From NCBI RefSeq assembly GCF_009914755.1, contig NC_060927.1: 64,000 bases of DNA; one strand, written 5' to 3'. The position numbers and the translations under genes were made by a program. This document shows, piece by piece, positions 42,606 through 56,914 of the stretch. Each line of letters opens with the position of its first letter. The first letter of the stretch is position 1. The notes under the pieces were generated by a model, which was not told where the DNA came from, did no database searches, and saw only the letters and a list, made by a program, of their open reading frames with translations. The DNA is from the human T2T-CHM13v2.0 reference genome, Homo sapiens.

Positions 42606-44069
42606 AGTCATAATTTTTACATTCTGATGGCTAGGTTTAATAGGTATAAATTGTTTTTCATTTTTAAATATAAGTGAAATTTTGTTAAGTGGTTAGCTTA
42701 ACATAGGAGATTACAATCCTCTCCTATGTGCAAAACGTCTTATTCCTACATGAAAAATATTATCTAAACAGTATTATAGTCTTAAACAGCTCTTCTTACT
42801 TTGTCTTAGGGGAAATGTTCTCATGAAATGAAAAGTCCTTCTTCAGATCAATAAGTGTAAGATCAGAGAGGCAACGGGTCAGGAAAATCAGTATGAAGGA
42901 TGAAAAGTGGGGAGGGAGACACTGAGGGACAGAGGAAAGGCGAAAAGACCAAACTGCTGAAAGTTTAGGGCAATGGCTTCTGGGTAACTGGAACTGAACT
43001 CTCAACACTGGGGCTGATTAACAATTGTATCACTGCTCTCCTCTCCCCAAAGACTACCCCACTGGGCATCTCTATTACTGGGGCTCTTATTATTAGGGCT
43101 CTTCAGACTAGTATTCTCAGCATTCTCAGCATTATCTCAAGGTGATTTTCACATGAGCTACTTTCAAAGTGCCTGAAGTATGTTGCAACTTCTGTTATTT
43201 ACTACTTATAATGTAAGAACTCAAACTCTATAGGATCACAATTAAGGAAGAAATGGGGGCAGTGAGATTAGGAAAGACATTAAACTTAGAAACTACCAAA
43301 GGGAAAATTTAGCTCAGTGGCCTAAGGATGTTTTGAATTGCTAAATACTGTAGGATGAGGCAACTGTTTTTTAGCCAGAGTCAAAGGGCTTAAAGTGGGC
43401 CTGAAAGCAGGGAGACTGCCAACCAGGAGAAGAAGGCAAAAACAGGACTGGCAGATAGAACTGAGGCTAGCTGGTTGTATTAGTGAAGAGGCAGTAGTTC
43501 TCTCAAGGAAACTGGCACTGTTGGTGTTGGTTCAAGTTGAGAAGCAAGCCAGAATCTGAGCTGGAAATCTGAAACTCTCACAGACTTGAAGAGCATTTTG
43601 ATCAATATCTCTCCTCTATTCTGCTATTATAGGAAGTCTGTATCTATTGGTTTGATTATTTAGCTTTCATCACCACCCAAATAGCAATACCAGAATTGCT
43701 CACAAATCTATATTTAACTAACATTTTGTGTATTTTTTCTCTTTATTCTTATTTGACTATATTCTTCTATCAGTAGTAACGCAATTTTTCAGTTCATATC
43801 TCCAAGTATATAACATTTCTATTTTTCAATTCTTTCCTTTTTGTTTTCACCTATCCTGGTAGAAACCTTCTCAGCCAGGAAGAGTGAAATTGCTCACTAA
43901 CTGGGGAAGGCAGCTTTCTGCCCAAGTGGGTGTTTTGTTTTGAGATACCCTCAAGCAAGAATTTTGTAACAGACACAAAGAAGTCTCAAGGCAGATCTAT
44001 TGAATAGTAACATTCAAACTTTCCTCCAGGAGGAATTCATACACATGCTACTGTTGTTTTCATTTTGAG

Positions 44070-44320
44070 TGACAGCATGATAAACTGGAAAGAACAAAAA
44101 CTCTTCTGCCACACAGAGCCAAGATTGAATCCTGACTCTCCTATTTTTACTCTTGTAAACTTGAGCAAATGATTTCACCTCTGGAGTATCAATTTTTTCT
44201 TCTGTAAAAGTGAGATGTTGTTCATTTTGGAGAACCGTTAGCATGAGGTAAGAAATTATAGGGGGAGATACAGCATATGATAAGCACTCAACAAATTGTC
44301 ATTTTCATTATCTTTGTTAT
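44070..44320 (+). mobile_element. MIR
   Basis: ttgaatcctgactctcctattt...cttgagcaaatgatttcacctctg...tctgtaaaagtgaga...taagcactcaacaaat. Confidence 0.65.
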
Positions 44321-44581
44321 TACTAATCATATTTCCCATATTGTCAAGTCATTGTAAAACATTGATAATTTTATATATGTTCTATGAAATTATCATACTT
44401 TCCATACTTGGCTAATTAGCAAACATCTTTTATTATTGGATAAAAGGTAAGGCTCTTCAAGCATAGAATTTACAGAATGTATGTGGTGGTGATGCTCATT
44501 TTCACTTTCAGAAATCTTGGTGCTCAATTCCTTTCTTTAAAATTCTGGTAGTTAAATAAGTGCAAAGTAAGACATAATTTT

Positions 44582-44912
<331 letters not shown>

Positions 44913-45116
44913 CTAGGACGGAATATGGAGAAAACACAGGAAAGAAAAACTCAATGGATGCCATATATATATATATGAAACGAAGTTAAGAGAAAGTTGG
45001 GTAGGTGGATCAGGAAAGGCTATGATAGCCTTTAAAAGATTTAACATAGAGACATGGGGAACAGAATGAGGAGAAGGAAATTTTGGGTGGAGGGACCAGC
45101 ATGATAGTAGATGCAA

Positions 45117-45443
45117 GTCCAGGCAGGGTGTCTCATACCTGATATCTCAACACTTTGGGAGGCCAAGGCAGGAGGATTTCTTGAGGCGAGGTGTTCAAGA
45201 CTAAACTAGGCAACATAGCAAGATCCTATCTCTACAAAAATATTCTAAAATTAGACAAGTGTGGTGGCAGTCACCTGTAGTCTTAGCCGCTCAGGAGGCT
45301 GAGGTGAGAGCATTGCTCAGAGTTCCCAGGAGTCCCTCGAGTGCAGGAGTTCCAGGTTTTAGTGAGCTATGATCGCACCACGGCACTCCAGCCTCGGCCA
45401 TATCGCAAGACTGTCCCTAAAACAACAAAAACAACAACAAAAA
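45117..45443 (+). mobile_element. AluJo/Jr-like
   Basis: ggcaacatagcaaga, gagctatgatcgcacc and a (CAA)n tail. TSD gatagtagatgca (45103-45115) / gatagtagataca (45444-45456). Confidence 0.9.
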
Positions 45444-46927
45444 GATAGTAGATACAGGATACAATAATTTGTGGCAATTTTGGTGATAAAACCGTTGGCA
45501 CGTTGCAGAACAACTCTTGTCAAACTCTTAATAGATCAACCACCTTTCCAAATAAAATGTTATGTAGAACTCTAATGTAAAAGATTTCAAAGTTATAATT
45601 AGAATACAGTTACTTTATAGGTTCAAATCTAGCACAATTATTCTACAATGTTCTGGCCTAATGACATCTAGACATTTGAAGCCCAGGTTAATAAACAGCA
45701 ATTACAGTCTCAGCATCCACTGTACTTGTAACAAAACTTTGTAAAACTTCTAATGAACTACAGATTATTAGGTTTCCAGATAATTCATTTGAAAAACCAC
45801 TATGGTAGAGGATCTGAAGTACAAACTGACAGATTTGCCCTTAACTCAGTTAAAAATTTGAAGGTTTTTTAGTGTGGGAATGATATAGGATAACACTTCT
45901 CTGGAAGGGCTAATTTCATAAAAGGAACAGGATGAACTAGACGAAATAAAGATCAGAGACAAGGAGACCTCATTATTAGGAGGCTGTTGAAATAGTGCAA
46001 AAGGGGTTGAACCATGGTGGAGTAAGAATGAGGTATTCATTAGCATTCTAGTTTAAATTACAGCTTGATTTTAATTTTACAATCTTAATGGTACTATAGC
46101 TATTATTACTTCTACATTTAACACATATAATTTTGTTGGTTTTAATCAAATTTTAGTTCTCTGAAAATTAACTGTATTTGGTTGAAAATGTTAATCTGAA
46201 AGAGTTTTTTTGTTGTTGTTTGTTTTTGTTTTTGTTTTTCTTTAGAGTTTTAGTTCTTTAGCTCTTGGCTTAGTTCAACCTTTCCAGCATGAGACACATT
46301 GGATGTAAATCACATGCCGCTATTTAAATGTATAAAAGTATTAATAACTTGGTTTAAGTCCAGACCCTTTATTTTAAATTTCTATTTTCTATTACATGAC
46401 TTAATATAGACAGGATTGTATTTTTTCTTAAAATCTTTTCTAAAGAGTAGGCTTTCATCTGATACTGAAACCAGAGTTTAGAGAGAAAAGTTTATAATAG
46501 CTTTGTTGCAAGGCTCTAAAAATCAAAGGCAAGTATTTTGAATACATAAATAGCTACGTCTAAAGGTTCTATCATACTTTATTTATCAATCATCACCAAG
46601 CAAAGCGATATTCCATGTAAGTAAAAATTCCAAAATAATGAATGTTTATCACTTTAGATGCCTTGTTTTTCCATTTCATTCACTTTGAAAATCTTCTAAA
46701 ATGCATTCCACACTGCCTTGCTGTTGGAACAACAGTATCATTACAAAATTTTCTTAATACTCTTTTTCAAATTTCAGATTCCTTTCTGGGTACTATATAG
46801 TCATTTCTGTTTCCAAGGCACCTAATTTCTTCAGATTTCTCATTGGTAACCATTAGTTAGCCTTCACAGAACACTGAAACAATAAACATACAGGAAAGGT
46901 TGTTACAATTGCATATAAAGTAAAATT

Positions 46928-47025
46928 CTCATGCCTGTAATCCCAGCACTCTGGGAGGCCAAGGCTGGTGGATTACTTCAGGTCAGGAGCTGGAGACCTG
47001 CCTGGCCAGCATGGCGAAACCCTAT
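46928..47025 (+). mobile_element. Alu left-arm fragment (host of LTR12C)
   Basis: ctcatgcctgtaatcccagcac...cctggccagcatggcgaaaccctat. Resumes only as ctctgc/ctctac after the LTR. Confidence 0.88.
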
Positions 47026-48448
47026 TGAGAGGTGACAGCGTGCTGGCAGCCCTTGCAGCCCTCGCTCACTCTCGGCACCTCCTCTGCCTGGGCTCCCACT
47101 TTGGCGGCACTTGAGGAGCCCTTCAGCCCACCGCTTCACTGTGGGAGCCCGTTTCTGGGCTGGCCAAGGCCAGAGCTGGCTCCCTCAGCTTCCAGGGAGG
47201 TGTGGAGGGAGAGGCGCCAGCGGGAACTGGGGCTGCGCCTGCACTTGCAGGCCAACTGGAGTTCCAGGTGGGTGTGGGCTTGGCGGGCCCCACACTCGGA
47301 GCAGCTGGCTGGCCCTGCCGCCCCGGGCAATGAGGGGCTTAGCATCTGGGCCAGCGGCTGCGGAGGGTATACTGGGTCCCCCAGCAGTGCCGACCCACCG
47401 GCGCTGCGCTCGATGTCTCGCTGGGCCTTAGTGCCTCCCTGTGGGGCAGGGCTCGGGACCTGCAGCCCACCATGCTTGAGCCTCCCCCACTCCGTGGGCT
47501 CCTGTGCCAGCCAGAGCCTCCCCGACCAGCGCCGCCTCCTGCTCCACAGCACCCAGTCCCATCGACCACCCAAGGGCTGAGGAGTGCGGACGCACAGCGC
47601 AGTACTGGCAGGCAGCTCCACCTGCGGCCCTGGTGCGTGATCCACTGGGTGAAGCCAGCGGGGCTCCTGAGTCTGGTGGGGACTCGCAGAACCTTTATGT
47701 CTAGCTAAGGGATTGTAAATGCACCAATCAGCACCCTGTGTCTAGCTCAGGGTTTGTGACTGCACCAATTGACACTCTGTAACTAGCTACTCTGGTGGGG
47801 ACCTGGAGGACCTTTATGTCTAGCTAAGGGATTGTAAATACACCAGTCGGCACTCTGTATCTAGCTCAAGGTTTGTTAACATACCAATCAGCACCCTGTG
47901 TCTAGCTCAGGGTTTGTGAATGCACCTGTCGACACTCTGTATCTAGCTACTCTGGTGGTGACTTGGAGAACCTTTGCGTGGACACTCTATATCTAGCTAA
48001 TCTAGTGGGGAGATGGAGAACCTTTGTGTCTAGCTCAGGGATTGTAAACGCACCAATCAACCCTGTCAAAACAGACCACTCGGCTTGCTGTAAAATGGAC
48101 CAATCAGCAGGATGTGGGTGGGGCCAGATAAGAGAATAAAAGCAGGCTGCCAGAGCCAGCAGTGGCAACCTGCTGGGGTCACCTTCCACACTGTGGAAGC
48201 TTTGTTCTTTCACTCTTTGCAATAAATCTTGCTGCTGCTCACTCATTGGGTCCACACTGCCTTTATGAGCTGTAACACTCACCACGAAGTTCTGTAGCTT
48301 CACTCCTGGAGCCAGTGAGACCACGAACCCACCGGGAGGAACAAACAACTCCAGATGCACTGCCTTAAGAGCTGTAACGCTCACTGCGAGGGTCCGCGGC
48401 TTCCTTCTTGAAGTCAGTGAGACCAAGAACCCACCAATTCCGGACACA
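47026..48448 (+). mobile_element. LTR12C solo LTR (ERV9/HERV9)
   Basis: tgagaggtgacagcgtgctggcag...ccaattccggacaca. Perfect 4-bp TSD ctat (47022-47025 / 48449-48452). CpG-rich U3 and tandem caccaatcagcaccctgtgtctagct repeats. Confidence 0.97.
48095..48226 (+). promoter_or_regulatory. LTR12C core promoter and polyA signal
   Basis: CCAAT 48100-48104, AGATAA 48126-48131, TATA-like AATAAAA 48135-48141, polyA AATAAA 48221-48226. Arrangement known for ERV9 LTRs. Confidence 0.65.
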
Positions 48449-48857
48449 CTATCTCTGCATCTCTACATCTCTATCCTAACTTTCTAATCTTCTTTCCACC
48501 ACTTTTGGGTAATGGTCTTCTGCTCCAGCTAAACCAATTCTTGATGGTCTCATTTCACCATGAAACTATCATCTGTATTTTCTTTCAAATTATCTGGAAT
48601 CAATCCCCAACTCTCAAAGCCTGGAGCAGAGAGAAAAGAACACTGAATATGTTCATCATTTTGATTTTGAAACCAAAAGTTTATTAAAAGTGACAAAGAG
48701 GCTGAAGGAAATCCCTATAATGCTTTCTTTCATCATTTCCCAATGTGTGATCAGTACAAAGCTAGGCCTTCTGTATATATCCTTTATTATCCTGATAAGT
48801 TATTTTTATGCCCATTTTTAAGGACAAAAAACAGAAGTTTAGAGACATTAAGTAGTA

Positions 48858-49208
48858 AAGTTGTCTCTCAGTCTCCGTGGGGGGACTGGTTCCAGGACCC
48901 CCACGGATATCAAAATCCACACTAGCTGAATTACTTTACATAAAATGGTGTAGTGTATGGATATAACCTATGCACAGGTTTCCACCTATGCACATATTCC
49001 CATATATTTTAAACAACCTTTGATTACTTATGATACCTAATACATTACCTGTACATCACTTCATTCTCGTGGGTTCAACGTAGTTCAGTGCATGACAAAT
49101 TTAAGTTTTGCTGTTTGATACTTTGTGGAATTTTTTTCCTATATATTTTTCACTCACAGTTGAGTTGAATCTATGGATATGAAATGCACAAATACAGAGG
49201 GGTAAATG
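48858..49208. mobile_element. MER2/MER2B (Tigger-type MITE)
   Basis: ccgtgggggactggttccaggacccccacggatatcaaaatccac...ttgaatctatggatatgaaatgcacaaatacagaggg. Confidence 0.8.
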
Positions 49209-49998
49209 TGTGTCCAGAGACACGAAACAGAACATTAAAAATACGGGATGAAAGCCAGGTTTGCTCAATCTCATGGTGCTGCGTCTTAGAGCAAATAGCA
49301 TTCTCATGTTTCCTGGTCTCACTTTTCATTGCAAAAGAGTCTCCATTTTCAGAAGCAACCTGGCATTTTCATGAAAGCTACCCTGATGTGCTCTGTCCTC
49401 CCCAGTTGCCAAAACCTTTTTTCTCCAGGTTTTGTAAGCCTGAGAGCATTGACTTGTTAAATTACAAATAGCTACATAGGGAACCAGATTAATACACAGC
49501 AGCCAGATTCATACACAGAAGCATTTTAGTAATGAACTTGAGAAAAACTAAAAATTTTCAGGAACGTGCTGGAATGTCAGGCACTGTGACCAGATTCTTG
49601 GAAGGTATTTGGGGGCAAGGATATTTACTGGAAACCCATCAAAGGCAGAAAAAGCTGCTCTTTGAAATGTGTATAATCTGATCTTTTCTAGTGACAGAAT
49701 GACAATTTACATCCAATGTTTGTGGTAGTACAAGAATTGCTTTATTTAGCAGAAAAGAGGGATATGGCTGGTAATGGTTGATGTCTCTGTGTTTAACATG
49801 TAGATTGAACAGGAAGGGTGAACTATTAGAAGTAGAAGGCAGACGGAAGGACACGACAATTGAATGAAGTGTCAGAAAGAAAATAAATGCACTAGATTTT
49901 CTTTTCACAGAGTAACATTTTCCTTTCCATGACAAGAGACAGAGGGACATGCTTATAGATGACAAAGCAATTTTCTTCAATTTACAGTACTTCTTTAG

Positions 49999-50183
49999 TG
50001 CAGGGCAGTCCAATAGAATATCTGTAATAATGGAACATTTTTATAGCTCAGCTGTCTAATAAAATACCCACTAGCTACATATGGCTATTAAGAACTTGAA
50101 ATGTAGCAAGTGCTATTAAGGAGCTAATGCTTTTAAATTTTTAATTAATTTAAATTTAAATAGCATCATATTGGACAGTGCAG
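49999..50183. mobile_element. MER3 (hAT-Charlie)
   Basis: gtccaatagaa...ccactagctacatatggctattaagaacttgaaatgtagc...catattggacagtgcag. Confidence 0.8.
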
Positions 50184-52774
50184 CAGGCAAAATAGGCATT
50201 GAAGCCATTTCTCCACCTTTCCTGCCAAATTTAATAAGATTAGTTTTGGTTACATTTTATTTTTTTCTAAGTATTATCAAGAATTTGAAGCTATATTGCT
50301 GGTAGTATAAGCTAGCTTACTCAGGTGAGAAGTCTAAAGTAAGTGATATGGATCAGCCTTTCAAGCCTTGATCCATACTGTGTGCTATCACAAATAATGT
50401 TATTGAAATAAAAGTAATTTCACAAATATGTATTAATAGTATCTATCCAAATATACAAATAAAAATCATTTATATAAAATAGCATGGGATGTTAACGAGT
50501 TAAAGTAAAAATTAGTTAAGATGATGATTCCCTTTGTGCCATAGAAGAATGAGCTATCTGGAAAAAACATCAGCCAGTGACGTGAACCTCCTTCCTTAGT
50601 GGTTACATATTGCGAGGAAAGGAGGAACAATAAAAAGAAGGAGAGAATATAATTCAGGCTTTTCAAACTCAAATATCTACAGGGCCTAGGCAAAATGTTA
50701 ATATGGGATTTATGAATCCATGGTAAGTGTGCCCCTCTCTCCCCCAAACCCCCACCCCCACCACTCCAATGTATTCTAGTCTTCTGGTTACACCAGGGGA
50801 CCATCTGCTCAGTCAATCTGCCCTCACTACCACTACCACTGCCCAAGTCCACCTGAGGTAGCCGTCTGGCCTCTTTCATGTATGTTTCAACACCACTGTA
50901 CTAAATGATTTCTATAGTCATCTTTAGTCCTGGCACCCTTTGATTCTAAGATTACATATTCAATATCCTTGATGGAGGAAAAAGGAGTCCTGCTTGAGTC
51001 AAAATGCTAAATCTTGGAGTTTTGATGTATGAGGATAATTTTATAACTGCTATAACCATTTATGAATAGAGGCTTTAGAGGTTGTTATATGTGTTTTTTT
51101 CCTATGTAAAGTACTATTCACTGTTTATTTGCACACCAAGTTAGAATCTCTAAATTAGGGGAACTAACTAGTAGTATGTTTACCTTATTTATTTTGCATA
51201 TTACCACAAAATATCTACCTACCTCCAGTCTAGGAACAAAATACGTGCTCCATAAATATTTAATAAGTGAATGCTACAGAGATTCCTATAATAAACACAA
51301 TCAAACATATTTGTCTGCACAGTAAAGAGTTACTACTGAAAAACTTCTAAATCCTTTAACTGTGACAGTGTCTGACAGCATAGCGGTCATTTCATTTTGT
51401 ACTTTTGTTCACTTTTAATGTCAGATCCAAAAAAACATGGCAATAGTTAAAGTCAGTGATGAGAATTTATACCTGCTGGTTATGAATCCTCAGAGAGTGG
51501 CATGGAATGTTTCACTTATCTTGGGCTTTATCTCACCCACAAACCTAACTCTGTCTCCTTCCCTCAACTCTCAAAACTTGGTAATTTTCAGCCATTAGTT
51601 TATGATACGTGCTGAGATGATTTCTTTCTGTTTATTCTGCTTAGGAACTATGAGATTTATGGATCTGTAGGTTTACAGTTTTCAACAAATATGGAAATTT
51701 TGTCTATTCTTTCTGTCCTCTGTTCTCCCTCTTTTTCATTCTGGGTCTCCAGTTACCTATATTATCCCACAGAGTATTGAAGCTTTGTTTCTGTTTTTTA
51801 GTTATTATTTTCTCTGTGCTTCATTTTAGATAGCTTCTGTTGCTATAGCTTTAAATCTACTGATCTTTTCTTCTGAAATAAATTACTTACCACTGTTAAT
51901 TTTATCCAGTGAATTCCTCATTTCAGATATTTAATTTTCATCTCTAGAAGTTCCATTTGTTTCTCTTTTACATTTTCTATTTGTGTCTCATAATTTTTAT
52001 GTTTTCTTTTATATCCTTGAGGATATGGAGCATATTCATAATAGATATTTTAAAGTTCTTGTCACCAATTTTATCATCTCATTCATTCCTAGGATTGTTT
52101 GTCTCTATTGAGTGACTTTTCCCAGTGCCAAACATTGTGAATTTTAATTTGCTGAGAGCCAGATTTTGTTGAATCCCTTTAAAGATTGTTAAGCTTTGGC
52201 CACATTTTAGAACTTTGGTCTTTTGAAGCTTCTTTCTAAGTTATTTTAGGAAAGGTCTAGAATAAAACTTACTCTGGGCTACTTTGGCTCCATTTCTAAG
52301 ATATGGGCCCTTCTGTGAAATTTACTGGATGTTTTTTGTATTCAATAAGGCATCTCTACTCTGGCTAATCGGAATTCAAAAAACTACCAGTTCTGTGCGA
52401 GTTCTGTGAAGTGTTCATCTTACATAATTTTTCTCTTCCTGGAAGATATTTCTAGTTTTGACTCATGGGACTTCACAGTACTCATGCATATTTGGTGTTC
52501 AGCCAAAGAATTATAAGGATCTCTAGCCAGATTTTGGAAGTCTTTCTCCACTTAGTTCCTTTATCTCAGGTACTTTGCCCCACAAATTCTAACTGCTGCA
52601 GCCTCCCAAATTGGGATATTTGTCCCCCCAGTTCAATGAGATTCCCAGGCTTATTCTGGTTTCCTCATTCCTTTGCTGCAGCTTGAAAAGTACCTTCAAA
52701 CAAAATGCTCCTCATTTGTTTCTTTTTTCAGAGACCATTATCTGCACTGCCTATGGTCCAGGGTCCGTCTTTCG

Positions 52775-53689
<915 letters not shown>

Positions 53690-54645
53690 TCCAGTTTCTA
53701 AAAATAAATATTTTCTATATTTACTCAGTTTTCTAGTTGTTTATGGGTGAAAGTTAATTCTACACTCTGTCACTCCCCCAGGGCCAGAAGCAGAAGTCTC
53801 CTGGTTTTCAAGCATGACTTCCTATTGTGCTTATGGTTTCACTTCAGTTGCTTTTAACACACAAGATCCTGTCTTACCACTGTACTTATATGTATACAAA
53901 ATTAAAACATTCCTGAATAAGTGATTGTTTTTGCTTAGGTTATTGCTTTTCCTATTCTCAAGAGAATCTAAAATATTTTTTGATCTAGATTTTTGACTGG
54001 AATATCAAACCACTTTTGAGACAAGAGGCTTTTGTATTTGAGATGGAGAATCAGGTGGAGACAGAATTAGAACTGTTCACTCACAGTTCCAATTATTAGT
54101 GGTGGTATCTGCAGATTCAGGCTGCCATAAGAATAACTCAAATCTCAGTGAGAATGAAAGTATGATATTATATAGATTTTTATTATAATTAGTTAATTAT
54201 AAGATAAGAGAGAAAATTTTCTCTTGTTGGTTGCTTTCTCTTCTAGGTGTTATCTATTACTCTGTTTTCGGTGAAACCCAGGATTATGTGACAGAAAGTT
54301 TTTGTATGAAAACTCCTTGAAAATCAGTTTTAAATGTAGCTACAAAGTTAGGCAGTTACTACCATTCCAAATTAGGAAGAAGATGTAGCTGCAGATCTAG
54401 TTAGGCAGAAATTATCACTTTTTTTACCTTTGAAGATGAGAAATATAGAACTATTACCAAAATTGATCTTAATGTAATAATCATCATGAAGCATTAGTGA
54501 ACATATAAGTTAATAGCTTTGTTCCATTTGAATCAGAAAATTCACAGATTCTATGTAGTGCCAATGGTGCCAAGATTATATTATATCATTGTTTTAAAAT
54601 TATTATTCATATCTCTATAATACAATTCAACCGGAAAAAAATGAT

Positions 54646-54859
54646 TATTTTTTTAGAGTCAGGGTCTTGTTCTGTCACCCAAACCGGAGTGCAATAGCAC
54701 AATCAAAGCTCAATGCAGTCTCAAACTCCTGGCCTCAAGTGATCCTCCCACCTCAGTCTCCCAAGTAGCTGGAATTACAGGCGCACGCCACCAAGCTCGG
54801 TTAAATTTTTTTATTTTTATTTTAGTAGAAATGGGGCTTTACTATGTTGCCCAGGCTGG
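54646..54859 (-). mobile_element. 5'-truncated AluJ with TSD
   Basis: ctcaagtgatcctccc and ctatgttgcccaggctgg. Flanked on both sides by gg(A)n-tgatt. Confidence 0.88.
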
Positions 54860-55752
54860 AAAAAAAAAATGATTTTTATGTGCAGAATTAAGATATGCTG
54901 TGTGCCCTAGAGGAAGAAGAATGCCCAAGTGATTTTTGGTGTTGACCTAAACCTTTATTCAAGAACACTCACCGTTTAATAATAATGTTTTACTGTATAC
55001 ATTTGTAAGTACATAAACCACATTTTAAAAAATGCTCATCTATTCCTAAAAATCATCCTAAGTAAAGTTACTAATTGAGTCAGGTAAACAGCAAAGACCT
55101 TTTTGTGACATATTTCAGAGTGAAATACCCATGACTTTTAACTTTAAACATTTAGCAGCATAAACAGTGGTAAGTTTGTCTTAGACCATTTGGAAAATTG
55201 CCTGGAAAGAGTTTGGGTCTTAGAAAGAATTTTGCTTCAACGTGAGATCTGTGAATTGGAGAGCTGTGAAACACTGTGCAGAGAGGCACCAACACTTTCC
55301 CGCCCCCTTTATAGTTAGTTGTAGGACTTCCTTGTAACAATACCCCTTTTGAAAACACTTTTACAATAGATGATAGTGCATTGATTTAGTCACATTTCTA
55401 GTCTTTTGTAGTACAGTTAAAGATTGTATTGTTTTCTTGACCAAGCTAAAATAAAACAGATGCAAGTAAATCAGACAAAGATGTGAATTTGGCATATGAG
55501 TGGACACGGTAGAATTAATATTTATTCCTTATTGTTCAGTTAAGCAGTGTTAAACATATTCAGTTAATATGAACAAGGGGGTAATGCTTTCATAGTAAAA
55601 ACTGCTAAATTTTGTAAATTTTGAAATTTAATAACTTAAACATTTGAAAAAGAGAGTAATGGGCAGAAACATGATACTAAAATCTGGAACATCTACTAAA
55701 GAGTAGAATAGTTCATACACTGAATCACTCATTCAACAAATACCTGTGAATG

Positions 55753-55755
<3 letters not shown>

Positions 55756-55786
<31 letters not shown>
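55756..55786. repeat. (TG)n microsatellite
   Basis: Direct reading, about 15 units. Confidence 0.95.
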
Positions 55787-55789
<3 letters not shown>

Positions 55790-55914
55790 TATAAATATTT
55801 TTGTGCTAAGTGATATGGGGAATGCAAATTATATTAGGTCAAAGTACAGCCATCACCAGTCTAATATTCACTGTGATGGGAAAATAAGACACTATTAGTG
55901 CACAACAAAGTGGA

Positions 55915-56010
55915 ATTTATTTATTTATTTATTTTTAAATTTGTACAGATTCAGGAGGTACATGTGCACGTTTGTTACTTGGATATATTTTGCAGTGGTG
56001 GACTTTGGGC
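55915..56010 (-). mobile_element. Short L1P (PA15-PB-like) 3' terminus
   Basis: (ATTT)n tail, then agattcaggaggtacatgtgcacgtttgttacttggatata. Confidence 0.65.
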
Positions 56011-56039
56011 TCAGTCTCCTGCCTTTTGGAGTTGGAAGT

Positions 56040-56157
56040 GTTTAAATGTTAAACTCTTCTGGAAACATCCTCACAGACAGACCCTGAAATAATGTTTTAC
56101 CAGCTATCTGAGCATCCCTTAGCCCACTCAAGTTGACACAGAAAATTAACCATCACA
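56040..56157 (-). mobile_element. MLT2-family LTR 5' end fragment
   Basis: aaatgttaaactcttctggaaacatcctcacagac...caagttgacacagaaaattaaccatcaca. Confidence 0.8.
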
Positions 56158-56616
56158 AATGTTTTCAAAGGAGAAAAAACTAAGTTTTAGCTGAAGAAAG
56201 ACAAAAAGACGAAATTGGTGCTTAGGTCTATGGATTGTGATGATCTCGCTTTGCAAAAACATCTGGATATACTATGAGATCATGCTGGAAGATCCTCAGA
56301 TTAGTTCTCAAGAATCTATGAGAGTTTAAATAGGAAGCAAATACTATTTTCATTTTAAGAAGGTATTTATTTTTCTTTTTAAAAAATATATTCTGGATAA
56401 ATTTTTTAATATTGATGTCATAACCAAAATTTTACCAGGGTATATCATATTCTGTCAGTTGTGCTTTTATTTTTAACTAGATACTAAAATGTGAGTAAAC
56501 AAAATCTCAACTAAAGTTGATTTCTTCAGTTTTTTTTTCTATTTCAAAACAATTTTAAATGGAAAATTATGATAAATTTAGAGATATAATAATGTTAATA
56601 AAATTACCCAATATAA

Positions 56617-56914
56617 AGCCAGGTGCAGTGGCTCACGCCTGTAATCCCAGCACTTTGGGAGGCCGAAGCGGGTGGATTACTTGAAGTCAGGAGTTTGAGA
56701 ACACCCTGGCCAAGATGGCAAAACTCCGTCTCTAGTAAAAATACAAAAATTAGCTTGGCGTGGTGGCACATGCCTTAATCCCAGCTACTCAGGAGGCTGA
56801 GGCAGGAGATCATTTGAACCCAGTAGGCAGAGGTTGCAGCGAGCCGAGATTGTGCCACTGCACTCCAGCCTGGGCGATGGAGTGAGACTCTGTCTCAAAA
56901 AACAACAACAACAA
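56617..56914 (+). mobile_element. AluSx/Sz-like
   Basis: Full dimer with (CAA)n tail. TSD caatataa (56609-56616 / 56915-56922). Confidence 0.92.

Noticed and set aside
47695-48060. Regularly spaced tctagct/caccaatc repeats resembling a CRISPR array
   Set aside because: These are the known internal tandem repeats of LTR12/ERV9 U3. The spacers are not unique and the context is eukaryotic.
47032-48447. Longest ORFs in the track (182, 169 and 166 aa)
   Set aside because: They lie entirely within the GC-rich LTR12C. They are stop-poor by composition and recur in every LTR12C copy.
50466-50879. 137-aa minus-strand ORF
   Set aside because: No recognisable domain. It crosses low-complexity C tracts and probable hAT remnants, with no supporting gene structure.
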